DNA of 64,000 nucleotides from Lingula anatina (lineage: Eukaryota > Animalia > Brachiopoda), in the NCBI GenBank assembly GCA_051362555.1, contig CM120649.1, forward strand, positions 5,580,001-5,644,000, read 5' to 3'. Each line of letters opens with the position of its first letter. The stretch's first letter is position 1. Positions 61,102 to 64,000 of this stretch are shown piece by piece. Under the pieces are notes generated by a model, which was not told the DNA's origin, made no database searches, and saw only the letters and a program-made list of their open reading frames with translations. Made by a program: the position numbers and the translations under genes.

Positions 61102-63962
61102 TGAAATAGAAGGACCCAAATACTTAGAACATTTACGATCAAAAAGGATCACGCTGAGTTTCGGAGAAAACTGAAAACTAACTTCTGTTTTCAGTTTGCT
61201 CCGTTACTTTTAAAAATATAATTAAAGGATGTCCTTTTGTACAATTTTAAATATTGAACTGTCGACATGATATAATGGTTATCATTTTACCAACAAATCT
61301 ATCTTTATATTATGTTTAATATGCCTATTTGTCCTAAAAAATGATTGATTGTATGGGCCTCTTAAACCCCAGCGTTAAATAAAGCCTGTGTCAGTGAATT
61401 AAAATATTTGGCAGAACTATTTGGCGAAATGTAAGAGAGAAAAAAGATCAAATCTACGACCAATACATTAATTCTTGGCGTGCGCGCGCGCCGCGGGTAG
61501 AAAAGAGAAAGAAAATATTCCAAGGGTTAGAGGTCCTCTTCACCGCTTTAATATGAACAACTTTTACTGCCGACCGACATTTTTTCTCCATTCATTTTAC
61601 CCGAGCTACAAACATTCTTCTATCAACTTTTTTATCGTAGTGAAATAGTTTTCAGACGTAACCTATCCATATGGATCCATTGTATATAGATGTCAAATGA
61701 TTACAAATAAATGCTTTTCTTCCTTCTATTTTATCCTAAGGGCGTATAATGCATTCTAACAATCGTTGTGTCTCTTTACCTAAGCTTTTATAATCAAACG
61801 GAGACCTGCAGGCCTTTTCATGTTCAGCGCAGTTGAAATAAATAAATAACACTGACTGAGGTTAAAACATATGAAAACACACTGGCAGGCTCGATCAAGT
61901 GATAAATCTAAAGAAAGGTGATACTTTTGTATCTTTCCCAAGGTCTATAATTAAGGTACTTCTTTTTTTGACATGTGATCTGCGTTACATTATCGCGTTT
62001 TTCCTTATTTAGTGGCGTGAATGAAATGCATAATCAGAACGTCGGGTCGTGGCGTCAGTTCTGTAGCATGTCGCACAAAAAATGACCTGTTTTAAGCGAA
62101 ATATAATGCTAAGCTGGAAAATTTTTTTTAAACATTGCGTGTAATGAAACAAAGAAACTGTCATGAGCGATTTCTGAATACCTGGACTGTTATGCCATGT
62201 GAAACTGATGGCAAAGAAAGAGCGGCATTACAACATCGAAATATATACTCGGTGTGTTAGCCTGAACTATTTTTTCAGGCATTACCTTCTTTTAAAGAGG
62301 CAGTGTCGTTTGCTTTTTCTTTTTAACAAACATAAGAACATGAGCAGTATTTTGAGAGAGCCTACGTAAGTAATCCATTGTAAAGCGACCACGGGTGCTC
62401 CTTTATCTTGCGCATACTGACACTACCTTTCAAATACGTCTAACTACAGTGTTCACTATTTACTCACGCGTCGACTCCAGTGTTAAGCGTTGTATTGCTG
62501 AAAAACAGTATACTTATTTAGTTTTTTATTACTTTAAGGCAGAATTACATTTGACATTGTATTAACCTTCTTTCTCCCAGTCCATCATACGTCTGCTTCA
62601 GTCAGCGTATACATGGTTACTAAAATCCTGCTTGCACTTGTTGTAAACCATAAAAAGTTGCCCAAAGCATTTTGAAGCCCTGATGTATCTCACAAATTTT
62701 ATCAATCTATCTGTCTATTCCCATCTACGTTGTCTAAGAAAAACCCACTTCTTCCATAAACTGCTTACCAGCCCTGTTTGAAATAGGAAGTGAGCGACAT
62801 TCAGATTTCAAAACCAGGGCAGGCCTAGGGTTCTCCACTAGGGCCTCAGAATCTTTTAACTAGTACATGTTATCACAGATAATCCTTAAGCTAATTACAT
62901 GCTGTGCAATTATTTGTTCTGTGACCGACAAAGATTTTTTAACTACAGTGAGTTATTAATCCGGTAGACGGCAGGGAGTGCAAATAAAAATATATATTTC
63001 ACGAAAAACGTTTCTAATTAAATTCTTTGGGGAAAGTGGAAGGATGGGGGAGTTAAGTCTCAAGTAATTTGCTGTTCAGCCTACCTCCCCTGTTGAATGA
63101 ACTCCAAGTCAAGATCACATCACAAAATGTATCATAAAAGCTGCATCCTCTTTTATACCTTTTTTTACTGGTTCGTGATAAAGTACTAGTATATGTATCA
63201 AATTTCGTTTATTTAAAAGTTAACCCTTGAAATTAAAAAAATCGACAGGGATTCGAAGACCTACCTTCTCCATCCGTTACACTCCATGACTGACCAAATA
63301 AAAACATCGATACAATCAAAGCTACTCCGTATATTCTGATAGTCCCCATACTGGGAGCATGTCATTTCACTAACGTCTATATATCTTAAGTGAAGCTCAG
63401 GATAACCCGCACATCGACAGAGAAGCAACTTCAACGACACAGGTAACTTCAACGACACAGTTAGCGTGTATGCTTTCCTCGTCTAAGTGAGTGAGGTCAA
63501 CGGAGGCCTGGCAAACCGGGAAGTAGACACACTGCGCTACCCTGCTTAAGAAATCTATCCAAAGTCCTCATCCCTATTATAGCACGCATCCGTGATTGTC
63601 AAACACGACCTAAAAAAACATTCCGTATACTGAATAGCCTTGTTGTGATGACACGGTTTGGAAAACAAATAAAGGGGTTGTTGAAATACCCTGCTCACTT
63701 CATTGACTACTAGGTTCCATTATTTCGGCGAATAGAATATATCTGTGTCCAAAGGTGGAACGTGGGAAGGGTGCGGCGGGAACTTGTCGCTTTTCGTATC
63801 CGCTTTCCCTTCTTACTTATAAAATAACAGTATAACAATGAGGGAAACGAGACAAGACTAAGCAATTTTCCCCACTGAAGCTTTCCACTCTTATACTACA
63901 AACTTGTGTATAGCCCAGTACCTTGCCTGCCTTGCGTACTTGCGTAAAATTGTGCTTTGTTT

Positions 63963-63969
<7 letters not shown>

Positions 63970-64000
<31 letters not shown>
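63970..64000. repeat. (TA)n microsatellite running off the window end
   Basis: Direct reading. Confidence 0.95.

Overview
AT-rich, intron-rich animal genomic DNA. It is probably from a marine invertebrate; this is an inference from gene content and no taxon can be proven here. There are two spliced host genes, both on the minus strand. (1) 1614-4723: a 6-exon type II membrane BRICHOS precursor ending in a furin site (RQKR) followed by a 38-aa, 6-Cys, Tyr-rich peptide. (2) 17375-61054 and probably further upstream: a type I receptor of about 2,750 aa in at least 44 phase-compatible exons (SRCRx4-MAM-SRCRx2-MAM-SRCRx2-MAM-SRCRx2, then CCP/HYR repeats, GCC2/3, TM and a Tyr-motif tail). Two intact LTR retrotransposons with apparently identical LTRs sit in the receptor's introns. 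One is a BEL/Pao element (24016-30167, + strand, TSD GTTAC). The other is a Ty3/Gypsy element (46797-55024, - strand, TSD GCAG) whose integrase ends in a PHD finger, whose Gag starts with a helix-hairpin-helix domain, and which has a -1 frameshift signal. Also present are a nested Tc1 > Kolobok > LINE stack (11006-16931), an inverted Penelope fragment with a hammerhead-like core, a HINE-like element, many MITEs and microsatellites. All exon boundaries and domain calls were made by hand from GT-AG sites, reading-frame phase and motif recognition; no database searches were run.
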